A DNA stretch of 64,000 bases from an uncultured delta proteobacterium. GTDB taxonomy: Bacteria; Desulfobacterota; Syntrophobacteria; Syntrophobacterales; Syntrophobacteraceae. Below, in pieces: positions 1-9,751 of this stretch (its first letter is position 1; every line of letters starts with the position of its first letter). The stretch covers positions 18,875-82,874 of the forward strand of contig CAWEHK010000049.1 of NCBI GenBank assembly GCA_963808625.1, written 5' to 3'. The notes beneath the pieces are model-generated. The model did no database searches and was not told the origin of the DNA. It saw nothing but the letters and a program-made list of their open reading frames with translations. Made by a program: the position numbers and the translations under genes.

Positions 1-446
1 CAGATGTCGTGGCCGCACGGACCGAGGCACTGTAAATAGTGGATGGAGCCGTGGCATTCCTCGATCCGGTCCTCGTCATAACCGGCCTTCTGAAAGTGTC
101 CATCGACATTGGAGGTGAAGACGAAATAGCCGCCCGGCTTTTCGTCTCGCAATTTCGAGCAACTGCCGAAAACCTCGGTGAGGGATCGTCTTCCGGTAGA
201 GATTGAGCCGGTGTCCATAGAAGGCCCAGGCCAGCTGCGGGTTGCTGAAAAACCATTCCGGGTTGGCCATTTCGACAAATGATTTACCCAGCCTGGCGAT
301 GGGCGGATAGGCTTTCCAGAAGCCCTCTTTGCCGCGAAAATCCGGCAACCCGGAATCCACACCGATCCCCGCGCCAGCCGTGATAAGCACCGCATCGGCG
401 TCGTCGAGCTCCCTGGCTGCCTGTTTTACGTGTCGTCGAACACCAT
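1..446 (-). CDS. Sir2-family NAD-dependent deacylase; runs off window start, frameshifted
   Basis: ORF 76..573 contains LITAGAGIGVDSGLPDFRG and AFYGHRLNLY..PHRG sirtuin motifs; likely ATG at 446 after GGAGAGG; frame breaks near 425 and 135. Confidence 0.85.
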
Positions 447-560
447 AGTAACCTCTCCCCGACCATTCCTCCAATCTGACCCCAATGGCTCGCTGCATTG
501 ACAAAGGCACCGGGCGGGTTGGAAAACCCGCCCTCCTTTTACAGTGAATCGGAACACACC

Positions 561-640
561 ACTCATTACTCATTACTCATCACTCAGCACCCAGCACTCT
601 AGCACTCAGCACTCAGCACTCAGCACTCAGCACTCAGCAC
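561..640. repeat. Heptamer tandem repeat (CAGCACT/CATTACT)n
   Basis: About 11 imperfect 7-bp units are directly visible. Confidence 0.9.
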
Positions 641-1446
641 TACTTCATCAACCACCGGATTAGTCAACGTCCCGATGTCGCTCCACCTCGATTTCAACGG
701 TATCACCGGACTTGAGAAAAACCGGCGGCTGGCGCACAAAGCCTACCCCACTCGGCGTTCCCGTGAGAATAACGGTCCCGGGAAGGAGTGTGGTTCCTTC
801 CGAGAGGAACGCAATGAGTTCCGCCACGGAAAAGATCATGTCGGAGGTATTGCTGTCCTGCATCACCTCATTGTTCAGGATACACCGGAGCCGCAGGTTC
901 TGTGGATCCGGTATTTCGTCGGCGGTCACCAACTCGGGTCCCAGCGGACAGAAGGTGTCGAAGCTCTTGCCGCGAATCCACTGGGAGGCGCCGGCATGTT
1001 GCTGCCACCATCTGGCTGAAACGTCGTTGCCGGCCGTGTATCCGAGGACATAATCCAGCGCCTTGGCTGCAGGGACGTTCCTGGCGGGCTTCCCGATGAC
1101 CGCCACCAGTTCAGCCTCATAATCGACCTGGGCCGGATTCGGTACACACCCGGGGCAGGATGATGGGATCATCCGGATGAGCCACTGCTGCGGGATTCTT
1201 CATAAAGAGCACGGGATATTCAGGAATCTTTATTCCCGTTTCAGCAGCGTGCTGCCGGTAATTGAGCCCAATGCAGAGAATGGCCACCGGGTCCAGGGGG
1301 GCCAGAAGCTTTTCACGGGAACCGTGATTCCCGCATTCCTGAAAGCCATGAAACAAATGCCCATGGAGAAGAACGGCCTGACCATCCCGGAAGTCACGCC
1401 CGTAGCACTCTTTCCCGTTTTCATCCAGGAACCGAACGATGCGCAT
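625..1446 (-). CDS. Fumarylacetoacetate (FAH) hydrolase family protein, frameshifted
   Basis: ORF 1117..1446 ([18 protein letters not shown]) plus ORF 660..1172 ([36 protein letters not shown]); C-terminal IGTLTNPV in a third frame; end approximate. Confidence 0.9.
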
Positions 1447-1511
1447 TGCTAAGCCCCTCTTTTCTGATCATTAGCCTCAATCAACCACCCCCGGCGCAAG
1501 TAAACCCTTCC

Positions 1512-2171
1512 TTATGCAACGGGGGCAATGATCGAGTAAAAAACAGCCAAGAAATGAAGACCACTTCCCGCCAGCACAAATCCATGCCAGATGGCATGGT
1601 GGTAGGGCAACCGATGCCAAAGATAAAACCCGATGCCCGCCGTATAAGTAACTCCTCCCGCGACCAGCAACGCCAGCCCGGCAGGAGGGACTGAGGCACT
1701 CAATGGTTTGATTGCCACCACTGCCGCCCAACCCATTACCACGTAAAGAACCACTCGCAAAAAACTGAATCTCCGCAACAAAGAGAACTGCAGGGCAATG
1801 CCAAGGATGGCGAGTCCCCAAATCAAGCCGAAAAGAGACCAGCCCCAGCGACCACGCAGGTTCACCAGCGTGAAAGGCGTATAGCTGCCGGCGATGAGCA
1901 GAAAAATGGCGGAGTGGTCAAAGACTTGCAGTACACTCTTGGCACGAGGGTGCTGAATAGTGTGGTAGAGAGTGGATGCAGCATAAAGGAAGATGAGGGA
2001 AGCCCCGTAAATGCTGCAACTCACGATGTGGCGAGCGGTACCGGACGCACTTACATGGGCAATCAGCACTGCCATTGCCACAATCGCCAGAATCATCCCC
2101 ACGCCGTGGATGACGCTATGGGCTATTTCTTCTCTGATCCCGTACCTGGGGGGATTCGAACTGCCACTCAT
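1512..2171 (-). CDS. Hemolysin III / PAQR-family membrane protein
   Basis: EEIAHSVIHG, ASTLYH, DHSAIFLLIAGSYTPF, HAIWHGFVLAG; about 7 TM segments. Confidence 0.92.
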   Translation of the reverse strand: MSGSSNPPRYGIREEIAHSVIHGVGMILAIVAMAVLIAHVSASGTARHIVSCSIYGASLIFLYAASTLYHTIQHPRAKSVLQVFDHSAIFLLIAGSYTPFTLVNLRGRWGWSLFGLIWGLAILGIALQFSLLRRFSFLRVVLYVVMGWAAVVAIKPLSASVPPAGLALLVAGGVTYTAGIGFYLWHRLPYHHAIWHGFVLAGSGLHFLAVFYSIIAPVA

Positions 2172-2321
2172 TCTTCAAATTCCATCTCGGTGCTCTTGGG
2201 GACCCACTTGATGGCCAGGGAGGCAGCGCCATTTTCTGTTTGTTGACGCTGCCATCGCCGCACTATTATAATCCTCTGATTTCGATGACATCAATTTTAA
2301 ACCTTTCACCGCGAGAATCTT

Positions 2322-3859
2322 ATGGATAGACCACAAGGTTATCGAAAGCGCTTGGTTGCAGCACTACTGCCCATGCTGGTCTTGATTCTCTGCCAGGGCA
2401 CGGGGATCCGGAGCAGTGTTGCAAAGGATGAGAAGTCCCTGCCGCCGGAGAAGATTCGCGAATCGGTTCTGGCCGGGACGTGGTATCCGGCGTCACCGGA
2501 AGAACTGCGCCAAATGATCGAGGGTTTTCTCAGCCGCGTTCCAGCCAACGGACATTCCCGGCCAATTGACCGCTCTCATCTCACCCCATGCCGGATACGT
2601 CTACTCCGGCCAGGTGGCCGCTCATGCTTACAAGCTCCTCGAAAAGCAGAAATTCTCGACCGTTATCGTGCTTGCTCCCAGCCATCAGGCGCGTTTTACG
2701 GGAGTCTCCGTATACGATCGGGGAGGCTTTCGCACACCTCTGGGAGTCGTACCCCTTGATCAAGACCTGATCTCAGCCCTGGAAAAGCGGGACAAGCGCA
2801 TCCGTTTCATTCCCGAGGCCCATGCTAAAGAACATGCGCTGGAGATCCAACTGCCTTTTCTCCAGGTGGTGATGCCGGGCTTCAAGCTCGTACCCCTGGT
2901 GATGGGAGAACAGGATCTTGAAACCTGCCGATGGCTCGCCGAAGCCATTGCCGATTGCATCAAGGACAAACCTGTTCTCCTCGTGGCCAGTTCGGACCTT
3001 TCTCACTTCCATTCATCCGATGAAGCCAAACGCCTGGATCAGGTGGTGCTGGATCGGGTGGCGGCATTTGATCCGGAAGGTCTCCTGCGGAGCCTTGAAA
3101 GCGGCAAATGTGAAGCCTGCGGCGGCGGCCCGATGGTAGCGACCATGCTGGCGGCGCGACGTTTGGGAGCAACCAAGAGCCGGGTCCTCAATTCCGCCAA
3201 TTCCGGCGATGTCACCGGGGATCGCAGCCGTGTGGTCGGCTATATGGCAGCGGCGCTGTGGGCCGAACCGGGCGGCGGCAGTGAACGGAAATCCGAAGAC
3301 GCCGAAGGTGGGGGTGGATCTTGGCCTCAGTGCCGATGAGAAAGCCCTGTTGCATCGAATTGCCAGGGAAAGCATCGAAGCCAAGCTGCTGGCCAAAAAA
3401 GCCCCAAGCCTCGATCAATCTGCCCTGCCGGCCTCAAAGAAAACCGAGGCGCCTTCGTGACGCTGAACAAGGCATGACCAACTCCGAGGCTGCATCGGCC
3501 GTCTCGCCGCCGACCGCCCACTGGGAGAGGTGGTAGCGGAAATGGCCTCGGCCGCAGCGTTTCAAGACCCTCGTTTCAGTCCCCTGAGCGCCGACGAACT
3601 GAAGGACCTGGAAATCGAGATCTCGGTGCTCACTCCCTTCAAGAGAATCACCAATATTGACGAGATCCAGGTGGGAAAACATGGGATTTTGATGAGAAAT
3701 GGCAGCTCCTCCGGCCTGCTTCTCCCCCAGGTCGCCACCGATTATGGCTGGGATCGCACCACCTTTCTGGAACATACCTGCCAGAAGGCCGGGCTTCCCA
3801 AGGATGCCTGGAAGGACAAAAACACCGAAATCTATATCTTTTCTGCGGATGTTTTCTAA
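2322..3859 (+). CDS. amrB: AmmeMemoRadiSam protein B (Memo) fused to protein A (AMMECR1), with N-terminal hydrophobic leader; frameshifted
   Basis: IRESVLAGTWYP, ISPHAGYVYSG, EHALEIQLPFLQ, ASSDLSHF, CGGGP, VVGY; then GAFVTL, LRGCIG (other frame), DPRF, IEISVLTP, GLLLPQVA. Confidence 0.88.
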
Positions 3860-3865
3860 TTTAGT

Positions 3866-4022
3866 TAGTATCTATCCGGAAACCCACTGCTCGAATTAGA
3901 CGAGCGTGGGGCGGACTTTATGTCCGCCCTCAATTGGCAATGATTTCGGCACACTTCGGGAGGGGATAAACCCCTCCCCTACAATCCAAATTCAGATATC
4001 CGGAATTTCCGGATGGAAACTG
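3866..4022. mobile_element. MITE-like element family M1 (TIR ~GTTTCCATCCGGAAA) with internal REP-like hairpins
   Basis: Ends TAGTATCTATCCGGAAA / TTTCCGGATGGAAACT; internal GGGAGGGGATAAACCCCTCCCCTAC; related copies at 9285 and 19270. Confidence 0.75.
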
Positions 4023-4066
4023 GTTAGAAGAGTGGGAAAACAACGCGATGAGCGACACGAATATGA

Positions 4067-7000
4067 ATGAAGAAAACTTGCACCCTTTCCGATGAAAACC
4101 CGGGAGAGCGGATCACTTCACTGACGGCCCAAATTGTTTCCGAATTCGAGGTGGCGATGGGTAGTTCCAGCCGGGTAAAGGAGCTCTGCACCGAGCTCTC
4201 GAAGTTCTTGGAAACGGCGCCGGTTTTTCCCGATCGTCCGCAATTGGAGCGCCTGGTTTCCGTGGTTGGCAAGCGGACGGGAGCCATGGTCGAACCGCTC
4301 TTCGATCTGCTCGTCCAGCTCTCCTGGAGAATCGACGATCCCTGGGTTGTGCTGGAAGGCATGCTGAACGTCCGCGACCATGCTCTGATGCGCAGAACTC
4401 TGGAAGAAATTCTCAAGCTAACGGAAGCCGGAAAGCTCCTGGTGGATCTTGAAGTTCTCCAAATCTTCGCCGAAAACGTCGAGAAAGAGGGGAACCCCAT
4501 CAGGGAAGCGGAGCATCTGAAGATTCTGGCCAGGATCATCCACCTGGCCGCCTTGCCGCTGCCGGACTTGCAGCAAGACCCGATTGCCTGGCTCTACCTG
4601 TCGTCATCTCAGCTCCAACTGCGCCAGCTCGCCGCGCGCCTCCTCGATGCCGAAGCCAAGCCGGTGGCGGCGGACCTCGCCCAGACCATTCTTGGCGAAG
4701 ACGCTGTCCAGGTCCTGGCCCCCTACCTTGCGTTTACGCGGGCAACTCACCTGGATCTGCTCTACCTCATTCCCATTCCCGGCCAGCCGCCACCCTGCCT
4801 CAGCGGCGTGAGGGAAGCGGAAAAGCTTTGCGGCAGCCAACTGCTTCGGGAGGTGATCGCGGCGCTCGGCTGGGGGCGTTTCAATTTCGGCCTGGATGCC
4901 GGCAAAGGCGTCAATATCAGTATCGGAGGCTCGTTTCCCCTGGTCGTCTCCCCGGTCGAAACAACCCTTTTCGATGGCCTCGAAGAAGCTCGCCGTACCG
5001 GCGAGCACTTCCTGTTCACCGCCCATGGAGGACTCCCTGTCGAGACCCGGAAGACTTCCGGCGAGGACGACGTGGTCTCCCGTTTCCGCTCCTACAATGT
5101 CACCCATTCGGAAGTACTCACGGAAATTCTGGACGTAGCCCCGCTGACCCGGGAAAAAGTCGAGCGGATTCTGGAAAAGATGGACCGGATTACCAGTGAT
5201 TTTAAGGCGCTCTTTTCTTCGTATGCCGAAGAGTGCGCCATTCTACCGGAGCTGTACCGGAACCTTCGGGAGCGGATTGTGCACGAGCTGGATCAGGAGA
5301 CTTCCGAACTGCAACTCTCCGCCGAACTGACGCGGCTGGTGCAAATGTTCGAGGACCCGGCATCCCTTGGCTCCGTGCGAACCCTGCATGGCCTCAAGCG
5401 CTACCTGCACCAGCGCGGTCTGCGCCTGGGTTTCCGCCTGGTGGAATCGGGAGGGGCCACCAACCGCACCGTAACCCTTGTGGTGGCATCGTCCCGGCGG
5501 ATTACTCATGTCACCCGCGACTTCCAATATGTGAATTTCGGCTCGGAACGAAACATCACGACGATGACCGAAATACCCTATCCGGTGAAGGTCGTGGTCG
5601 ATGGTCTCAGTCGCCAGATCCTTCACGGCCAGCAGCGTCTTCCCGGAATCCGGGTTTTTTGCTACGGCAACGAGGTCCACTATTACCTCACCTTTCTCAA
5701 TCATCCGGCGTTTTTGCGCATCGACTTCTCGCCCCCGCTGCGGGGCGGCATGATCGACCTGGAATACTACGGCGTCAGCAAGAATGAGCTCGAGATGCAC
5801 CCGAATATTGCGCTGGATGCGATCCAGCAGTTTTTCCGACCAGCTCGAGTTTGACGTCCGGGTAGAAAACACGCGCGTTCATGCCCGTTACGACAAGGAG
5901 CGGGCCTTGAGTTTGGGGGACATCTGCGAAAAGGCGGAAGCCCTTTTTCGCCTGGCGCCCTATCTCATGGAAATCGACTGGGTCATCGGGTCACTGGACC
6001 TCTCAGAGGACGCCAAGAAGGCCGCCGCAGAGGCGTGGGCCTGGTTCTTCGCCCACTGGGGGGTGCTGCCCATCGACCAGATGCTGACCCAAAATCGGCT
6101 GGGCATTTTGCTCGGGATTGAGTCCAGCGCACTACTGGGGAACGGGAGATTATATGGTCAGGGGGCTCCCCTACCGTGATCGCTTCACGAGAATTCCCCC
6201 GGCGGGCCTGTTCCCCGCGCTCCGCTCGGTCCTGCACGAACTGGGGCAGGAAGTCGACCCGCTTTTTGAAGAAGGCGGCGGCCACGAATGGGGACAAATC
6301 TACCTCGAAAACATGGTGCTGCTCCCCCTGCGCAAAGCGGTGATGCGCGGAGAAATCATCGAAACGGCGAAAGGATACGAAAAAAGTCCGCGAGGAGCTA
6401 TTTGCGCGAAAACATGAAACGGAGTTCTTTGCGGAAATTCTGACGGCTGAAGACGAAACCTCCTGGGTATCGCCTCCTCTCGCGGCGATCATGGCGACGC
6501 TCGAGGGCGACCACCCGATCCCGCTGGGGGTGCGCCTCTCCTCTTTCGTGCTGGCTCATCTGGTTGCGCCTTTGGAGCGGACGCTGCGCTTCCAGACCAG
6601 CGGCAGTCTCAACGGCTACGAGGTGCAGCGGGCCGCCATGGCGCTTTGCGGCAAGGAACTCGGCCTGTATGTGTTCCGGGACGGGGCCGGCATCATCCGG
6701 TTGGCCATGTTTTCTCACGGGGAATCCCTCTATCTCGGCGCGCCAGCATCCCGCTTCCCGCTGGCAGTCCAACGGCAGCATCGATCCCGCGGAATTCGCG
6801 GAACTGCTCTGGCTGAACAATTATCTCACGGCGGGCATGGAATCGGTGAAAACGGACGTCTGCGTGGGCGCCGAAGACGTTCTCTCGTGCTTCCAAAGAA
6901 TCAACCCCCAGCAGCGGCCCCGTCCCATTCCGGGGGACAATGTCATCGAGGGGCTCAAAGCCTCTCCCGGCCGCGCCGTGGCGAAGGTGCTGTTCGGCAC

Positions 7001-9254
7001 GCGGGGCCGCCAGCCCGAGGACTTCCATGACACCATCCTGGTGGCGCCGGCAATCACCCCGGAGGACAACAGCTTTCTCTACCATTCAGCGGGGGTGGTC
7101 TCGATCGGCGGCGGGATTCTCAGCCACGCCGGCTTGATCGCGGTGCAGTTCCACAAACCCGCGCTCATTATCTCCGGGCGCTGGCAGGAGTCGGCGGTGG
7201 GTCCCCCCTTTCTTCTCTACAGCACCATCGAATACCAGGAAGAAGAAAAGGCAATCAATGACTACCAGATTACCATCCGGCGCGACGTCCATAAGAAGGA
7301 GCGGCGGCTGCAGGAGGGCGACCTGGTGGTGCTCGATGCCGACGATGGGACCCTGCGGGTCCTCGGTCAGGACCGCGAAGTCTTGAGCCTGCATGAGAGC
7401 ATTCGTCACTTCGGAGAGACGGGCCAGCGCCTGGCGCGGGCCACCGAGGAGAAGGAGATCCTGGTTCTCCGGGGCCGCCGACTGCGGGCGCGTCACCAGA
7501 TCGAAAAGCATCTGACGCAGTTGAAAGATCTTCTCCTGGCCCATCATGTGGTCCAGGAACTGTTTGTGGGGAAAGATCTTGCCGGCGACAGCGGGGCCCA
7601 AAGCGAGAAGGGCCGGTTCCTCTCCCTGCTGCTGGCCAATCGCCGGGTCGGGGCTCCCTGCCGCGAATTCATTTTCGAAATTTCCCGAAACCTTCAGCAC
7701 CGCTATGCCGACCGTTCGGCAGAGGGCAGACAGCGGCTCCCTCTTTCCGACAATCCTTATGAGATTCTCTCTTTGCGTTTGCAGGTGCTGCGCCTCCGCC
7801 GCGCCCTTCAGGACACCTCCACGTCCCTGCAGTCCTGCAACTTCGAGCCGGTCTTCTGTGACACCTCGGTGGCTTCGGAAATAAGCGAGCTGGCTCGCCG
7901 CCGACTGCAACATTTGCACGACACGCTGGTGAAAAACGTCAGCGAAACGGTTTCCTCCGGGAAGACGGATTTCCGCCTGCGCCATCTGGTCCGCCAGATT
8001 CAGCGCCTGGATACCGTGCTCGAGACGCCGCCGGAGCTTCGAAAATCAGTCGATGAGATCAGGAACACCATCGTCCAGAATGATCGGCAGGCACGCCGGA
8101 GCCTTCAGGATCGCCGGGTCCTCGGACCTGCCGACGGAGGCTTCGAGATCTACACGGCGATTGGCTGGAAAGCCGCAAACCTGGCCGAGATCGAACGGCT
8201 GGGCGGGCGCCGGCTGGTCCCGCCGTGGTTTGCGGTAACGAACCAGGTGTTCCAGGAAGTCTTGAGCGCACCGCTGGATAAGAGCCTCAGCAGTGCCGAA
8301 GGGTTTCCCCCGAGTATCGCTACCGTGAATGATGCGGTTGACGCAATCCTTGCCCGCGAGGACTGGAACAATCTGCAAAAATCCCGGCAGATCCGACAAC
8401 TTTGGGGAAAAATCACGATTCCTCAGGCCATTGCCGACGAGGTTGCCGCGGCCTATGAGCAACTTTCCAAAGACATACCCGAAGGATCGACGCCCGATGG
8501 GAAAGATGCGGAACCTTTCGTCGCCATTCGCTCCTCCGGTCGGGAAGAAGATACGGAGAATTTCACCCGTGCGGGAGAATTCGAGTCCTTTCTTTACATT
8601 CGCGGCCGCGAGCAACTGCTGGAATATTTGAAGCGTGCCTGGAGCGGCCTGTGGACGGAACGGGCGATCCACAATCGCGGTGTCCTGGGGACCCAGTTGG
8701 AGAAGGTGGTGGGCGGCATCATCATTCAGCGCAATGCCTGGTCGCGTGTTTCCGGCGTGCTCCAGACCGTGAACATCGCCGAAGACAAGCTGCGGGAAAT
8801 GGTCATCAATGTCGGCCTTGGCCTGGGTGAAGGCATCGTCTCCGGGACGGTGGCCGCCGATCAGATCGTCGTTGCCAAGACCGACAACCTGCAAACCGCT
8901 CCCCTTCGGTTTCGCTACATCACGGCCGACAAGCGCGAACAGGTGGTGTTCAATGCGCGCGCCGGCTATGGCGTGATCCGCTCACAGACGCTTTACCACC
9001 AGCGGCTTCGCCCCGCGATCGAATACGTCGAACTGGCCGAGCTGGTGGCCATTGCCGATCGGCTCGAAGCGGCTTACGGGCATCCCCTCGATATCGAGTT
9101 CGGCATCGAAGGCGCCAAGCTCTGGATCCTCCAGGCCCGGCCGGTTGGCACCTTCCCGGCGCTGCTGCGGGAAACCGTGCAGCTCTATCCGTTTTCGGGA
9201 AGGCAATTATTGAGATGTCTTTCAATCCGGAGGAGCCGGCGGGATTGCTTTTGA
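4067..9254 (+). CDS. Giant (~1,700 aa) PEP-synthase/dikinase-like protein: unknown N region, phospho-His swivel domain, helical region, C-terminal ATP-grasp (PPDK_N); frameshifted
   Basis: Overlapping ORFs 4067..5854, 5784..6179, 6118..6417, 6491..7030, 6564..9254; His domain GLKASPG..GGILSHAGLIA..EGDLVVLDADDG; ATP-grasp IGWKAANLAE, VAIRSSGREED, GLGEGIVSG, DIEFG..WILQARPV. Confidence 0.8.
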
Positions 9255-9279
9255 CATGCTTTGAACCTGTTGCTACGAT
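9251..9279 (+). promoter_or_regulatory. sigma70-type promoter (TTGACA-17-TACGAT, extended TGn)
   Basis: Consensus -35 at 9251-9256, 17-bp spacer, -10 at 9274-9279, upstream of phd and the maeB-like gene. Confidence 0.6.
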
Positions 9280-9284
9280 AGCTT

Positions 9285-9427
9285 GTTTCCATCCGGAAAC
9301 CCACCTGTTGCGTAGGGGCGGGCTTTACGCCCGCCCGAAATGGACAATAAATCCAGCACATTTCGGGAGGGGATAAACCCCTACCCCTACAGTCCGAACT
9401 CAAACATGTGCAGTTTCCGGACGAACA
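9285..9427. mobile_element. MITE-like element family M1 copy
   Basis: GTTTCCATCCGGAAAC ... GTTTCCGGACGAAC ends; GTAGGGGCGGGCTTTACGCCCGCCC hairpin. Confidence 0.75.
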
Positions 9428-9448
9428 ATGGCTACAAGAGGTGAAAGA

Positions 9449-9732
9449 ATGCAATTGGTCGGCATAAGGGAATTGAAGAATAGACTCACCCACTACCTCG
9501 AAATTGCCAAGAGTGGTGACAAAGATAGTTGTAACGGACCGAGGGGTACCTGTGGCAATCCTGCACAATCTGGATCAAGTCGAGGAGGAGATGACACTGG
9601 AAGAAAGGTTGGTTTCCTTTCAAAACAGGGCTTTGTGACGTTGCCAAGGAAGCGACTGGGTTTCCGTCGCTTACCGGGGTCAAGATCAAAGGCGAATCCT
9701 TGTCCGAAACGGTGATCAAGGAACGTAGATGA
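9449..9732 (+). CDS. Phd/YefM-family antitoxin, orphan, frameshifted
   Basis: MQLVGIRELKNRLTHYLEIAKSG, then IVVTDRGVPVAIL in a shifted frame, ending SETVIKERR*; no toxin follows. Confidence 0.75.
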
Positions 9733-9751
9733 TTTATTAGGAGATAATTTC

